From Bacteroidales bacterium (lineage in GTDB: Bacteria; Bacteroidota; Bacteroidia; Bacteroidales; VadinHA17), in assembly GCA_009877105.1 (NCBI GenBank), contig WXFD01000019.1:9355-73354 (forward strand): a stretch of 64,000 nucleotides of DNA. The letters are read 5' to 3'. Position 1 is the first letter of the stretch. Each line of letters starts with the position of its first letter. A program made the position numbers and the translations under genes. The notes below the pieces were generated by a model that saw only the letters and a list, made by a program, of their open reading frames with translations, was not told the DNA's origin and made no database searches. Below are positions 37,398 to 45,823 of this stretch, piece by piece.

Positions 37398-40300
37398 TTA
37401 TAGACTAATATTTATTCCAATACTGTACATTCTGGCCGGGGGATAATATCCACGGTCAACGCCTACGTCGAATGGATCGTCGTTACGCATTCCTACCTCA
37501 GGATCGAGTCCGGTATATTTGGTAAAGGTAAACAGGTTTTGGGCATTGATAAATGCACGTATTAAATCGATTTTTATCTTTCTCGTGAGAACCTGAGGCA
37601 GGGTGTATCCAAGCTGAACGTTTTTTATCCTCAGGAAAGAGCCGTCTTCCAGCAACCTGTCGGACTGAAGAATTGAATTATTGTCCATGGTGCCGCCCAT
37701 CCTCGGATATTTCGGGTTATTTTGTGTACCTTCTCCATGCCAGCGTTTAATCATGTCTCTTGAAAGATTATTGTATCCTCCGAGCCCTGATAATGTGTAC
37801 ATCGAAACACCATTATATACTTTGTTGCCGTAAACGCCCTGGAAGAAACAACTAAAATCGAATCCCTTATAAGCACAACTGCCGGAAATCGAGTATGTTA
37901 GTTTTGGCAGCGGGCTTCCAAGAATGAAGAAGTCATTCGCATCAAGTACCCCGTCGTTGTTTTTATCAACGTATTTTACATCGCCCGGAGCAACTCCTTC
38001 CTGTGCCGTCTGGGCGCTTATCTCATCCCAGTTCTGGAACAATCCATCTGTCTTATATCCAAAAAATTGTGCAATGGGTGTGCCTACCTGCGTCCTGGTT
38101 AAGTACACAGTGTTATAGAAAAAAGCACCATCAATAAATGCATTATCAGCCCCAAGATCTAAAACTTTGTTTACAATTTTTGATAAAGTACCGCTAATAG
38201 TATATGTAAATGCATGGTGGTAGTTTCTGTATTGCAGGCTTAGTTCAACTCCTTTGTTGCTGAATTTGCCTTTATTCTGGAACGGGGAATCCAGTAATCC
38301 CGCCTGACCTGGCGTAGGTACGCGCAGCAACATGTTGTCTGTTATTTTCTTGAAGTAATCGACACTACCCGAAATTTTTCCCTTGAAAAACTCGAAATCG
38401 ATTCCAGCATTTATTGTTTCAGTAGTTTCCCATTTAAGTTGAGGGTTCCCGGTGCCGTTAAAACTGAAACCCGAGGTAAGGATACCACCCCATACGTAAT
38501 TCGCATCGGGAGAAGCAAATGTTGAATACTGATATCCAATTACACTTTGCTCGTTTCCTATTCTTCCCCAACCTGCGCGGAGTTTCAGATTGTCAATCTT
38601 GTCATATTGTTCCATAAACGGCTCCTCCGACAACCTCCAACCAACCGAAAATGAAGGGAAGTAATCCCAGCGTTTTCCACGGACAAACTTTGACGATCCG
38701 TCTGCCCTGAAATTTGCAGTTAACAAGTAACGCTCTTTGAAGTTGTAGTTTATCCTGGCCAATCCGGAAAGTTGTTTTACTCTTGTAGTAATACCTGATG
38801 ATTCACCGGCATTTTTTCCAATGGCATTATCGATGAAAAATAAATTGGGATCATTGCTGGGAATATCCTGAACCGACACGCCAAGGCTCTTGTATGTTTG
38901 AGAATACGATTCACCACCAGCCATTATAGAGAACTCGTGCCCGCCTATTTTCTTCTCAAATGTCAGGGTATTCGACCATTGATTGATAAGACTGCTGTAT
39001 GTTGAATTGGTCAAATTACTTTGATTCGGGTTTTGCTGTGCCGCGAATACATAATATACAGGAGTGTAGTTTGAATATTCAACGTTTGAATATTCTGCAG
39101 ATATGTTTGTACGAAAGATGAGTCCTTTAAGGAGTGTAACATCTGCAAAAATATTTCCCAGGCCCCTGTAATTTATACTTCTGGGATTGTCGTATTCAAT
39201 CACGGCGAGCGGGTTCCAGATGTCGCTGTAAATAGCTTTGTTGAATTTGCCGTCATCGCTCAAGGGCGGGGTTACCGGGTCGCGTGTAAAAGACGTTAAA
39301 ATGGGGCTGGTCCATTCATCATTTTCGTATTGCGACTTATAATTGGTCTTAACAAGCGTGATATTTTCCCCGATCTTCAACCATGGCTTCACATTAAAAT
39401 CACTGTTTGCCCTAACTGTAATCCTCTCAAAACCTGTTTTTTTTATGATGCCATTCTGTGCGAACTGACTGGCGCTTAAAAAATAAGTGCCCTTATCAGA
39501 TCCACCTGAAAATGACAAGTCGTTCTTTTTGATAGGCGCATTTTTTTCGCAAATTGCTTCAAAATAATTATAAGTAGGCAGTTTGGAAGGATCTTCAAAA
39601 AGCGGCTCCTGACCAGTTGCCACAGCAGCTTCGTTGCTCAGGTATCCCCATGTAGGCCCGTCAAGCATGTTGGAAGAACGCCATGGATTTTGGATGCCAT
39701 AATAGCTGGAGAAACTTACATTACCATCGCCGCTTTTCCCTTTTTTGGTAGTAATAATGATAACGCCATTGGCGCCCCTGGAACCATAAATTGCTGTTGC
39801 CGAAGCATCTTTTAGAACCTGAAGCGTTTCAATATCGTTAGGATTGAGAAAATTAATGTCATTTAGCATCATTCCGTCAACCACAAACAAGGGATCAGAA
39901 TTATTAATCGTCCCGACCCCGCGCACGCGGATCATCATATTAGAGCCTGGCGTGCCTGAGTTTGTCGTTACATCCACACCTGCGACCTGCCCTTGTAGTG
40001 CCTGGTCGAGTGTGGCTACTGCGCGTTGGTTAATTTCTTTTATGTTAACGGTTGAGATGGCCCCGGTAAGGTCGCTTTTCTTTTGCGTACCAAATCCTAC
40101 TACAACTACATCTTCAAGGCTATGAATGTCTTCGGTAAGCTCTACGTTTACTTCGTTTAGGCCTGTAATATTCTTTGTTTCAGAAATAAATCCAATAAAT
40201 GAGAACTGAAGTTCCCTGTCAGTAGCACTAACCGGGATTTCATATTTCCCATCCGCATTGGTTGTTGTTCCTTTTGTAGAACCAGGTATAAAAACGTTGA

Positions 40301-40424
40301 CGCCAGCCAAGGCCTCATTCGTTTTTTTAATAGTAACCGTGCCATGAATGACTCTGTTTGTCTGAGCATTTAACAACAATGGCATAAAAACCAGGCAAAT
40401 TAAAAAGCACTTTAGTTTTTTCAT
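37398..40424 (-). CDS. susC: SusC/RagA-family TonB-dependent outer-membrane transporter
   Basis: 1008 aa with a CarboxypepD_reg N-terminal domain (IHGTVT...GVNVFIPGS...TNADGKYEI), a plug (VVVGFGTQKKSDLTGAIS, ALQGQVAGV, IRVRG) and a barrel with a terminal aromatic motif. Confidence 0.95.
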   Translation of the reverse strand: MKKLKCFLICLVFMPLLLNAQTNRVIHGTVTIKKTNEALAGVNVFIPGSTKGTTTNADGKYEIPVSATDRELQFSFIGFISETKNITGLNEVNVELTEDIHSLEDVVVVGFGTQKKSDLTGAISTVNIKEINQRAVATLDQALQGQVAGVDVTTNSGTPGSNMMIRVRGVGTINNSDPLFVVDGMMLNDINFLNPNDIETLQVLKDASATAIYGSRGANGVIIITTKKGKSGDGNVSFSSYYGIQNPWRSSNMLDGPTWGYLSNEAAVATGQEPLFEDPSKLPTYNYFEAICEKNAPIKKNDLSFSGGSDKGTYFLSASQFAQNGIIKKTGFERITVRANSDFNVKPWLKIGENITLVKTNYKSQYENDEWTSPILTSFTRDPVTPPLSDDGKFNKAIYSDIWNPLAVIEYDNPRSINYRGLGNIFADVTLLKGLIFRTNISAEYSNVEYSNYTPVYYVFAAQQNPNQSNLTNSTYSSLINQWSNTLTFEKKIGGHEFSIMAGGESYSQTYKSLGVSVQDIPSNDPNLFFIDNAIGKNAGESSGITTRVKQLSGLARINYNFKERYLLTANFRADGSSKFVRGKRWDYFPSFSVGWRLSEEPFMEQYDKIDNLKLRAGWGRIGNEQSVIGYQYSTFASPDANYVWGGILTSGFSFNGTGNPQLKWETTETINAGIDFEFFKGKISGSVDYFKKITDNMLLRVPTPGQAGLLDSPFQNKGKFSNKGVELSLQYRNYHHAFTYTISGTLSKIVNKVLDLGADNAFIDGAFFYNTVYLTRTQVGTPIAQFFGYKTDGLFQNWDEISAQTAQEGVAPGDVKYVDKNNDGVLDANDFFILGSPLPKLTYSISGSCAYKGFDFSCFFQGVYGNKVYNGVSMYTLSGLGGYNNLSRDMIKRWHGEGTQNNPKYPRMGGTMDNNSILQSDRLLEDGSFLRIKNVQLGYTLPQVLTRKIKIDLIRAFINAQNLFTFTKYTGLDPEVGMRNDDPFDVGVDRGYYPPARMYSIGINISL

Positions 40425-40560
40425 TCGATTAGTAGTAATTTATTATTAACACTATAAAGATCAGCCACTTTAGAATATACATTACATATAAGTAATAATC
40501 ATAATAATGCTCACTCCTTAATGAGTTTTATTGATCTCTCATTGCAATATTAAAATAATA

Positions 40561-40592
40561 ATCATAAAAAAGCAAACGAAATCATAAAAAAG
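40561..40592. repeat. Direct repeat atcataaaaaag x2 with 20-nt period in the SusC upstream region
   Basis: Exact 12-mers at 40561..40572 and 40581..40592, with a related aatcataataatg at about 40497. Confidence 0.5.
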
Positions 40593-40860
40593 TTACGAAT
40601 TTATTTTCATAATTGAATTATGAAGCGTCTCAATTATTAATTAGTTAAATACATACTAACCCGTAATCTCAACCAACATGAAAAGAATGACTATTATACA
40701 GCTGATAAAGAGAGATATATATAAATTCTGATTGAAACAGGATGATCTATTTAAATAAAAAGAGGATGTATTTAATTAAATAGTTTCCTTATTTAAAGTC
40801 CTGGAATAAAGAAACTAAAAGAAATCAACTGCTGTTAATCCTGATCAAGGCTTAATTAAA

Positions 40861-40908
40861 TGAATGGCCGGGAAATGACCAAAAAATGGCCAGAAAATGG
40901 CCAGAAAA
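40861..40908. repeat. Iteron-like tandem array: four imperfect copies of aaTGGCCag with ~11-nt period
   Basis: gaatggccg / aaatgacca / aaaatggccag / aaaatggccag. The last two units are exact 11-mers (40883..40904). Confidence 0.5.
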
Positions 40909-40996
40909 TAAAACTTCAAAATTAAGGATGGATTAGGTCTGCCCTTTTTCAACTCATTTAATATATTATCAAATAATTGGACATATTTATTGATTT

Positions 40997-41046
40997 GCAT
41001 GATTCATAATCACCAGGCCGGGGGTTCAATCCACCTGTAAATCGCT
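40997..41046 (+). repeat. Degenerate copy of the 3' half of tRNA-Met (att-like direct repeat; not a functional tRNA)
   Basis: 40997..41030 matches 24019..24052 (anticodon stem through T-loop) at 31/34 nt. The tail decays but ends in tcgct. There is no acceptor 5' strand or D-arm, and the anticodon and T stems are broken. Confidence 0.7.
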
Positions 41047-41123
41047 GCCGGCAATTCTACCTCTCCTCAACTAAGAATCCTGTGAAGGCTGTTATGAAAG
41101 CTTCCCCAACAGGAATATCACAG

Positions 41124-43349
41124 TCAGCCGGGCCTGAAGGTATAGCTGTATTTGAGCAGAACCGCCCTGTTCTTCATGGCGGGAAGTACCGGGGTTTCCC
41201 TGTACCTGTTGGTATTGAGCCCTTCATCATAGACAATGTAAAGATCGTGGCCCTCGGTGGGATTAAAATGATACCTGATATTGGAAAAGACACTGTTGCC
41301 TGAACTGTTGTATTGGGCAATTACCGTAACCGAATGCTTTACGTTAAGGGATGCATCAATTTTGAGTTTCCCGATATGATTCCTGAATTTCTCATTGCGG
41401 TTGGAGAACTCGACAAAATTATACTGGTAAGTTCCTTCCAGCTGCAGGTATTCTGAAATAAAGGCCATTGGCGTTATGGAAGTTGAAATGTGCCAGCCAT
41501 CATAGAAACCTCCGGTCCTTATGTTTACTCCTGCCCTGTACGGATCATTCAATCGCGGGTCGAAGTTCAGCGACACCTGGTAAAATGTGTATCTTCCTGC
41601 CGGGATTTCAGCCTCCGGTGAAAGACGGAAGGATTCGGCAACATCCTCGGTGTTCCGGTGCAACCTGACAGAGCCCGAGGAATTTTGTTTTGTGGTAAAT
41701 TTCCATCCGGGGCCGAAATTCGCTGTTTCAATTTTCCCGTCATTATTCCGGTAATAGGCGGTGCCGGCCAGGAAGATCTGATGATTGAGCAGCCTGCTCC
41801 TTTCTCCCGGTATCCATCCAAACTGGACCTGGTCACCGATCCGGGTAAAATTGTCGATCAGCTCAAAACCCGACTGAGGATTGAAATCTTCTCCCGATCT
41901 TGAGTAGCTCAAATTGTAGCCCAGACCTTTCCTGCCCCTTCTTTCCCATACAGAATAAATGCGGGAATTCCTGAAATCCAGGATATTGTTTGGTTTCCCG
42001 TTTTCAAAGCTCTGCGCCCATTTGAATGTAAAATAATCATCACCGAACAGCCGGAATATACCATCCAGCCCGTATACAGTGTTCCATAAGTCTTTGCTCC
42101 CGATCCTGGAAGTGATCATGGTTCCGATGTAAGAATACGGATTAAGTACCTGTCTCCTGAATCTCAGGACATTAAAGTTCTCCGACGGTGTATTTCCGTG
42201 TTTCTCTGTCTGCATATTAAGTAATCCGACATCCCATGGTCCGACCCTGCCAACCAGCCTGGCACCTCCGTATATTCCTACCTTTTCCCCGTTGTCGATG
42301 CCAATCCGCCGGCTGTAGAAGAGATAATCATTTCCCTCAAACCTGAACTCAAAATTACCCGAACGCTCCTGGAAGAATATTCTTTTTTCGGGAAAGAACA
42401 GCGAGTACCTTGTGAGATTAACCTTCTGATCATCAACTTCAACCTGTGCAAAATCGGGATATATCGTAAAATCGGCGGTCAGGTTTTTCGCAAGCCCGAT
42501 TTTTATGTCCCCGCCAAACCCTTTGACAAAATTGTCTGTCCGTTCGTAGGAAGTACCCTCATTGTTCAATCTGGTTTCCTGCCCCAGGCCCATCAAAACA
42601 TAGGGAGTGATATACAATGGATTATGTTTCGGAATGCCTTCCAGGAGGATTTTCCGGGTCTCAGACGGCATATAAACTCCGTCGTAACCGAATTTCTGCT
42701 GGGTCAGGGGATAACTGTAAACCTCGTTTCTTTTTGCAAACCACCTGTGAACCGTTAACCCCATTATTACCTGTCCGTTTTTGGGCTCATACCGGAGGCT
42801 CGAAAATGGTATCCTCATTTCAGCAAACCATCCTGAGTCGCTCCTGGTGACTGCAACATCCCAGAATGTGTTCCAGCTGATATTCGGATCTTTCGAAAAG
42901 TCGTTAAGGATGTTGATATCCGTGCGTGTTCCTGCGGGTGAAGTAAGGAACATGAGTCCGTTCTCATTGTCATTGAAGGAATCGAGCAGGATCCCAAGGA
43001 AATCAGTTGCATATGCCCAGTTGTCCCGTTGGAATGAAGTAACCTGGATATCCCGGGGATTCCTGTTGTATAAACGTCCTGCGACATAAAAATAGTTATT
43101 ATCATACCCTGCGAATACCTCGGTCCTTTCGCCCGGATCTGCTCCGTAAACAGGCTGTATCATTTTCATGGGGAGGGACTTCAGGCCTTTCCAGCATGCC
43201 TCGTCAAGCCTGCCGTCAATCCTGACGGGTGAGTTGAACCTGTCAATCCTTAGATGCACATGATTCCCGGTCGTATCATTCTCCTGTGGAACCAGGGTTT
43301 GACAGGGCAGTAGTATCAATATGGAAACGATAATTATAAAGACTCTCAT
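41124..43349 (-). CDS. CBM9-like / DUF5916-type secreted or outer-membrane protein
   Basis: ~741 aa from the ATG at 43349 (MRVFIIIVSILILL signal). The N-terminal IDGRLDEACW motif resembles CBM9-like modules, and the long C-terminal region is rich in beta strands and aromatics. The listed start at 43436 adds 29 non-signal residues. Confidence 0.55.
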   Translation of the reverse strand: MRVFIIIVSILILLPCQTLVPQENDTTGNHVHLRIDRFNSPVRIDGRLDEACWKGLKSLPMKMIQPVYGADPGERTEVFAGYDNNYFYVAGRLYNRNPRDIQVTSFQRDNWAYATDFLGILLDSFNDNENGLMFLTSPAGTRTDINILNDFSKDPNISWNTFWDVAVTRSDSGWFAEMRIPFSSLRYEPKNGQVIMGLTVHRWFAKRNEVYSYPLTQQKFGYDGVYMPSETRKILLEGIPKHNPLYITPYVLMGLGQETRLNNEGTSYERTDNFVKGFGGDIKIGLAKNLTADFTIYPDFAQVEVDDQKVNLTRYSLFFPEKRIFFQERSGNFEFRFEGNDYLFYSRRIGIDNGEKVGIYGGARLVGRVGPWDVGLLNMQTEKHGNTPSENFNVLRFRRQVLNPYSYIGTMITSRIGSKDLWNTVYGLDGIFRLFGDDYFTFKWAQSFENGKPNNILDFRNSRIYSVWERRGRKGLGYNLSYSRSGEDFNPQSGFELIDNFTRIGDQVQFGWIPGERSRLLNHQIFLAGTAYYRNNDGKIETANFGPGWKFTTKQNSSGSVRLHRNTEDVAESFRLSPEAEIPAGRYTFYQVSLNFDPRLNDPYRAGVNIRTGGFYDGWHISTSITPMAFISEYLQLEGTYQYNFVEFSNRNEKFRNHIGKLKIDASLNVKHSVTVIAQYNSSGNSVFSNIRYHFNPTEGHDLYIVYDEGLNTNRYRETPVLPAMKNRAVLLKYSYTFRPG

Positions 43350-43743
43350 AAATGATCTCTCTGAATGAGCAATAGAAATTTCCAATATAATGAATATTGG
43401 CTTTGCTGTTGCGGATTTTTCCATACACATAAACAAAAAATATTATATGGCAGGCGGAAATATTTATTGAATTTCAAATGATCCTATAAAATTGATTTGA
43501 AAGAAGCATTATCCAGACTATATAAATAACTGCCTGATGACGGCAGGAAGTACTTCCATTATTTTTCCTGACTGTGGGAACCAATGATGATCTGTGGCAG
43601 ATCAGGCAGATCTCGCATAAATTATTCAGCATCCGCCAGTTTTTGCCGGGTTCCGGCAGAGGGAAATGAGCGTTGCAATGACACAAAATGCCACAATTGG
43701 CATGTGAATCAGAATCTACCGGTTTTATGAACCGAAGAACCTG

Positions 43744-44226
43744 TCAGTTTTCTGCTGAATATATCCATGCGTCGTTCCCCATGGTCCGCCTGATTTCGGG
43801 AATAACGGCTTCAGCTTCTCCGTAAGTGGAATATCTGCCGTAGCTGAGCCTGAAGTAGCCCTCTGCTGAAAGGGGGAGTACAATAAATTCAGCATTGATT
43901 GTTTTTTTTAACATGGCTGCTTTTTCCCGGGCAGAATCAAGATTCCTGAAACTCTCAATTATGATATAGTAAGTCCGGGTTTTATGTCCGGCATTGATGC
44001 TGTCTTTTGTCACCATTTCTCCGGCCAGTTCCGGCAGGTCCTTCATTTGTGCTGAATGTCTATATCCGGCATTTGCATGTTGCAGATCTTTAAGTGAGAC
44101 TTCCCTTGCAAGGAAAATATCAATGATTGACATCCCTTCCCTGATCTGAATCAGCAGTGCAGTAACAATGGACAAAACAATAATGATTCCCAGAATGGCA
44201 GTTATTATTTGAGCAGAGTTCCTCAC
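43744..44226 (-). CDS. SPOR-domain (peptidoglycan-binding) membrane-anchored protein
   Basis: 160 aa with an N-terminal TM helix. The C-terminal YYIIIESFRNLDSAREKAAMLKK...GYFRLSYGRYSTYGEAEAVIPEIR matches the SPOR repeat pattern. Confidence 0.7.
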   Translation of the reverse strand: MRNSAQIITAILGIIIVLSIVTALLIQIREGMSIIDIFLAREVSLKDLQHANAGYRHSAQMKDLPELAGEMVTKDSINAGHKTRTYYIIIESFRNLDSAREKAAMLKKTINAEFIVLPLSAEGYFRLSYGRYSTYGEAEAVIPEIRRTMGNDAWIYSAEN

Positions 44227-44515
44227 AGGGCCTGTTATTTCGGATTTACCCGGGAATACCCGAAGATCCGTTTATTACTGATTCAGGAAGACCTTATATA
44301 TTGACAGCACTGTTTTGCTTTCCGCTCTAAAAATAATGATTTTTACGGATTATTACATTTGTATGCTGCAAAAGAATATAATCAACCGGTAACTTTCCGG
44401 ATTCCATGGATTTACGTCCGGTTCATTACTGCTTCCGCAGGAATGCTGAAATTTTTGACTCTATGCCCAGGAAGAGAATCAATTTCCTTCCTTTCATTAC
44501 ACTGTCAGGAGGTAG

Positions 44516-45181
44516 CTATGATTGTACATATGGCCTTATCCTTGAGCTCAGATACTGAAGGTATGTTTCAGGGAGATCATTGCCGGCCCTGTTTCTCTGA
44601 TCGTATTCCTCCTCGGTCAGAATGGTGCCACCGTCGTCAAGTTTAACCTTGTAAAGAGCAAAAATATAACCGATTATACATAAGGAACGCCAGGGTGAGA
44701 ATTTTTCCTCCGTGGACAGTTCATTGTAAAGTTCTGTCGCTACTTTTTTCAGGATAAGAGACGATGTTTCTTTCTTTTGGGACCCCTTGCCCTTGATGAT
44801 GCTGTGTGAATCAATAAGATTGATCATCGACATGAACATCCGCTCGATGAGAAAGGGGTTCTTGATTTCAATCGATTTGTTTTTTCCTGCAAATATCAGT
44901 TTCTCAAAAGTGTCATGTTCTTTCTCAAACTCGGCAATTTGTTTCAGATCAGAATAATTAAGCTGCAGTTCTCTTTCATTGCCCAGGCTGAGTGCCACAT
45001 CGGTATATATGATCAGACGAAGGATGTTGCCAAGGGGTATGCCATAACTTTTATTGAGTTTCTGGGCCAAAACTGTCTGTTTGTTATTGGCAGTGTATGG
45101 ATGAATGTAGGGATTGTAACGAAAGTTTTTCAGCGGTTTAAAGTAATCGCTTTCAGTGCTTCCTTCAGGTTTCTTTACCAT
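44516..45181 (-). CDS. Hypothetical protein (orphan, no recognisable domain)
   Basis: 221-aa ORF with an ATG start, visibly AT-richer than its neighbours and flanked by 170-290 nt non-coding AT-rich DNA. I recognise no motif. Confidence 0.5.
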   Translation of the reverse strand: MVKKPEGSTESDYFKPLKNFRYNPYIHPYTANNKQTVLAQKLNKSYGIPLGNILRLIIYTDVALSLGNERELQLNYSDLKQIAEFEKEHDTFEKLIFAGKNKSIEIKNPFLIERMFMSMINLIDSHSIIKGKGSQKKETSSLILKKVATELYNELSTEEKFSPWRSLCIIGYIFALYKVKLDDGGTILTEEEYDQRNRAGNDLPETYLQYLSSRIRPYVQS

Positions 45182-45350
45182 CTCTTTCCCGGTTTTGAAT
45201 GATGTTACGCTTTAAGGCCTTTTATTGGGATAAATACAAAGCCCTGCCATTAATTTTAACCTGTATTATTATTTCATCGCGTCTTAAAGATACATCGATA
45301 TTAATAATTTTTTTCAAAGAAATGAATAAAATATTACCTGACATTATCAT

Positions 45351-45569
45351 TCAGCACATTGGTCTCTTTCCGGATATCATGGAAAGGCTCTTTCCTTGTT
45401 CCTGCAAGCAATAGTCAAACCGGTAACCTTTGCGTTCCCATGCCGTGCACTGTCCTCCTGTGACAGTATGCATCTCAATTATCCCGGTATCAGATCCGTT
45501 GAGTCTTGAGCAGATCCCTGCCGAAAGCCCGGCAATGCCTCCGTCGATAATTACTATTTTCTTACTCAT
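45351..45569 (-). pseudogene. 5' remnant of an NAD(P)/FAD-dependent oxidoreductase (phytoene-desaturase-like family), truncated after ~54 codons
   Basis: MSKKIVIIDGGIAGLSAG...GGQCTAWERKGYRFDYC is the Rossmann GxGxxG N-terminus of ~500-aa enzymes. The frame then reads unrelated sequence and stops at codon 73, and AT-rich non-coding DNA follows. Confidence 0.55.
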
Positions 45570-45823
45570 GATCCTGCTCCTGGATTAAGAAGTTAACTGA
45601 GAAAATCAGATTGCCTTCAGGGAAAACTGAGATATAGTTCCAAATGAATGATTATTCGGTGAATGGAGGAATAATACGGATAAACAGTACTTTCAGGGGT
45701 ATAATGCAGCAGTCTGTCCAGCTTATTTCATCCTTTTAATAAATTTCAGATCAATTAAGGATATTAACTTCTTTTCTGTTACCTTTCAGCCTAAGTTAGA
45801 AATCTTATTCAATCGGTTAAATT

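Noticed and set aside
40875-40925. 16-codon micro-ORF (MTKKWPENGQKIKLQN) in the SusC upstream region
   Set aside because: Its sequence is simply the TGGCCAG tandem repeat read in frame. There is no evidence of translation, so the DNA-repeat interpretation is preferred.
41078-41115. Hairpin after the tRNA-like fragment that shares cctgtgaa...ggctg with the terminator after the real tRNA, as extra support for duplication
   Set aside because: The shared sequence is only an 8-mer plus a 5-mer at different spacing. That is too weak to count as independent evidence, so the island argument does not rely on it.
43474-43686. 70-aa Cys/His-rich ORF in the gap between the DUF5916-like and SPOR genes
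   Set aside because: It has no promoter box, no domain signature and no conserved-looking zinc-finger spacing. It is short and of unusual composition, so it is not supportable from sequence alone.
43902-43909. T8 homopolymer inside the SPOR gene as a slipped-strand phase-variation tract
   Set aside because: Eight residues is short for contingency loci. Similar A/T7-8 runs occur in several other genes in this AT-leaning genome.
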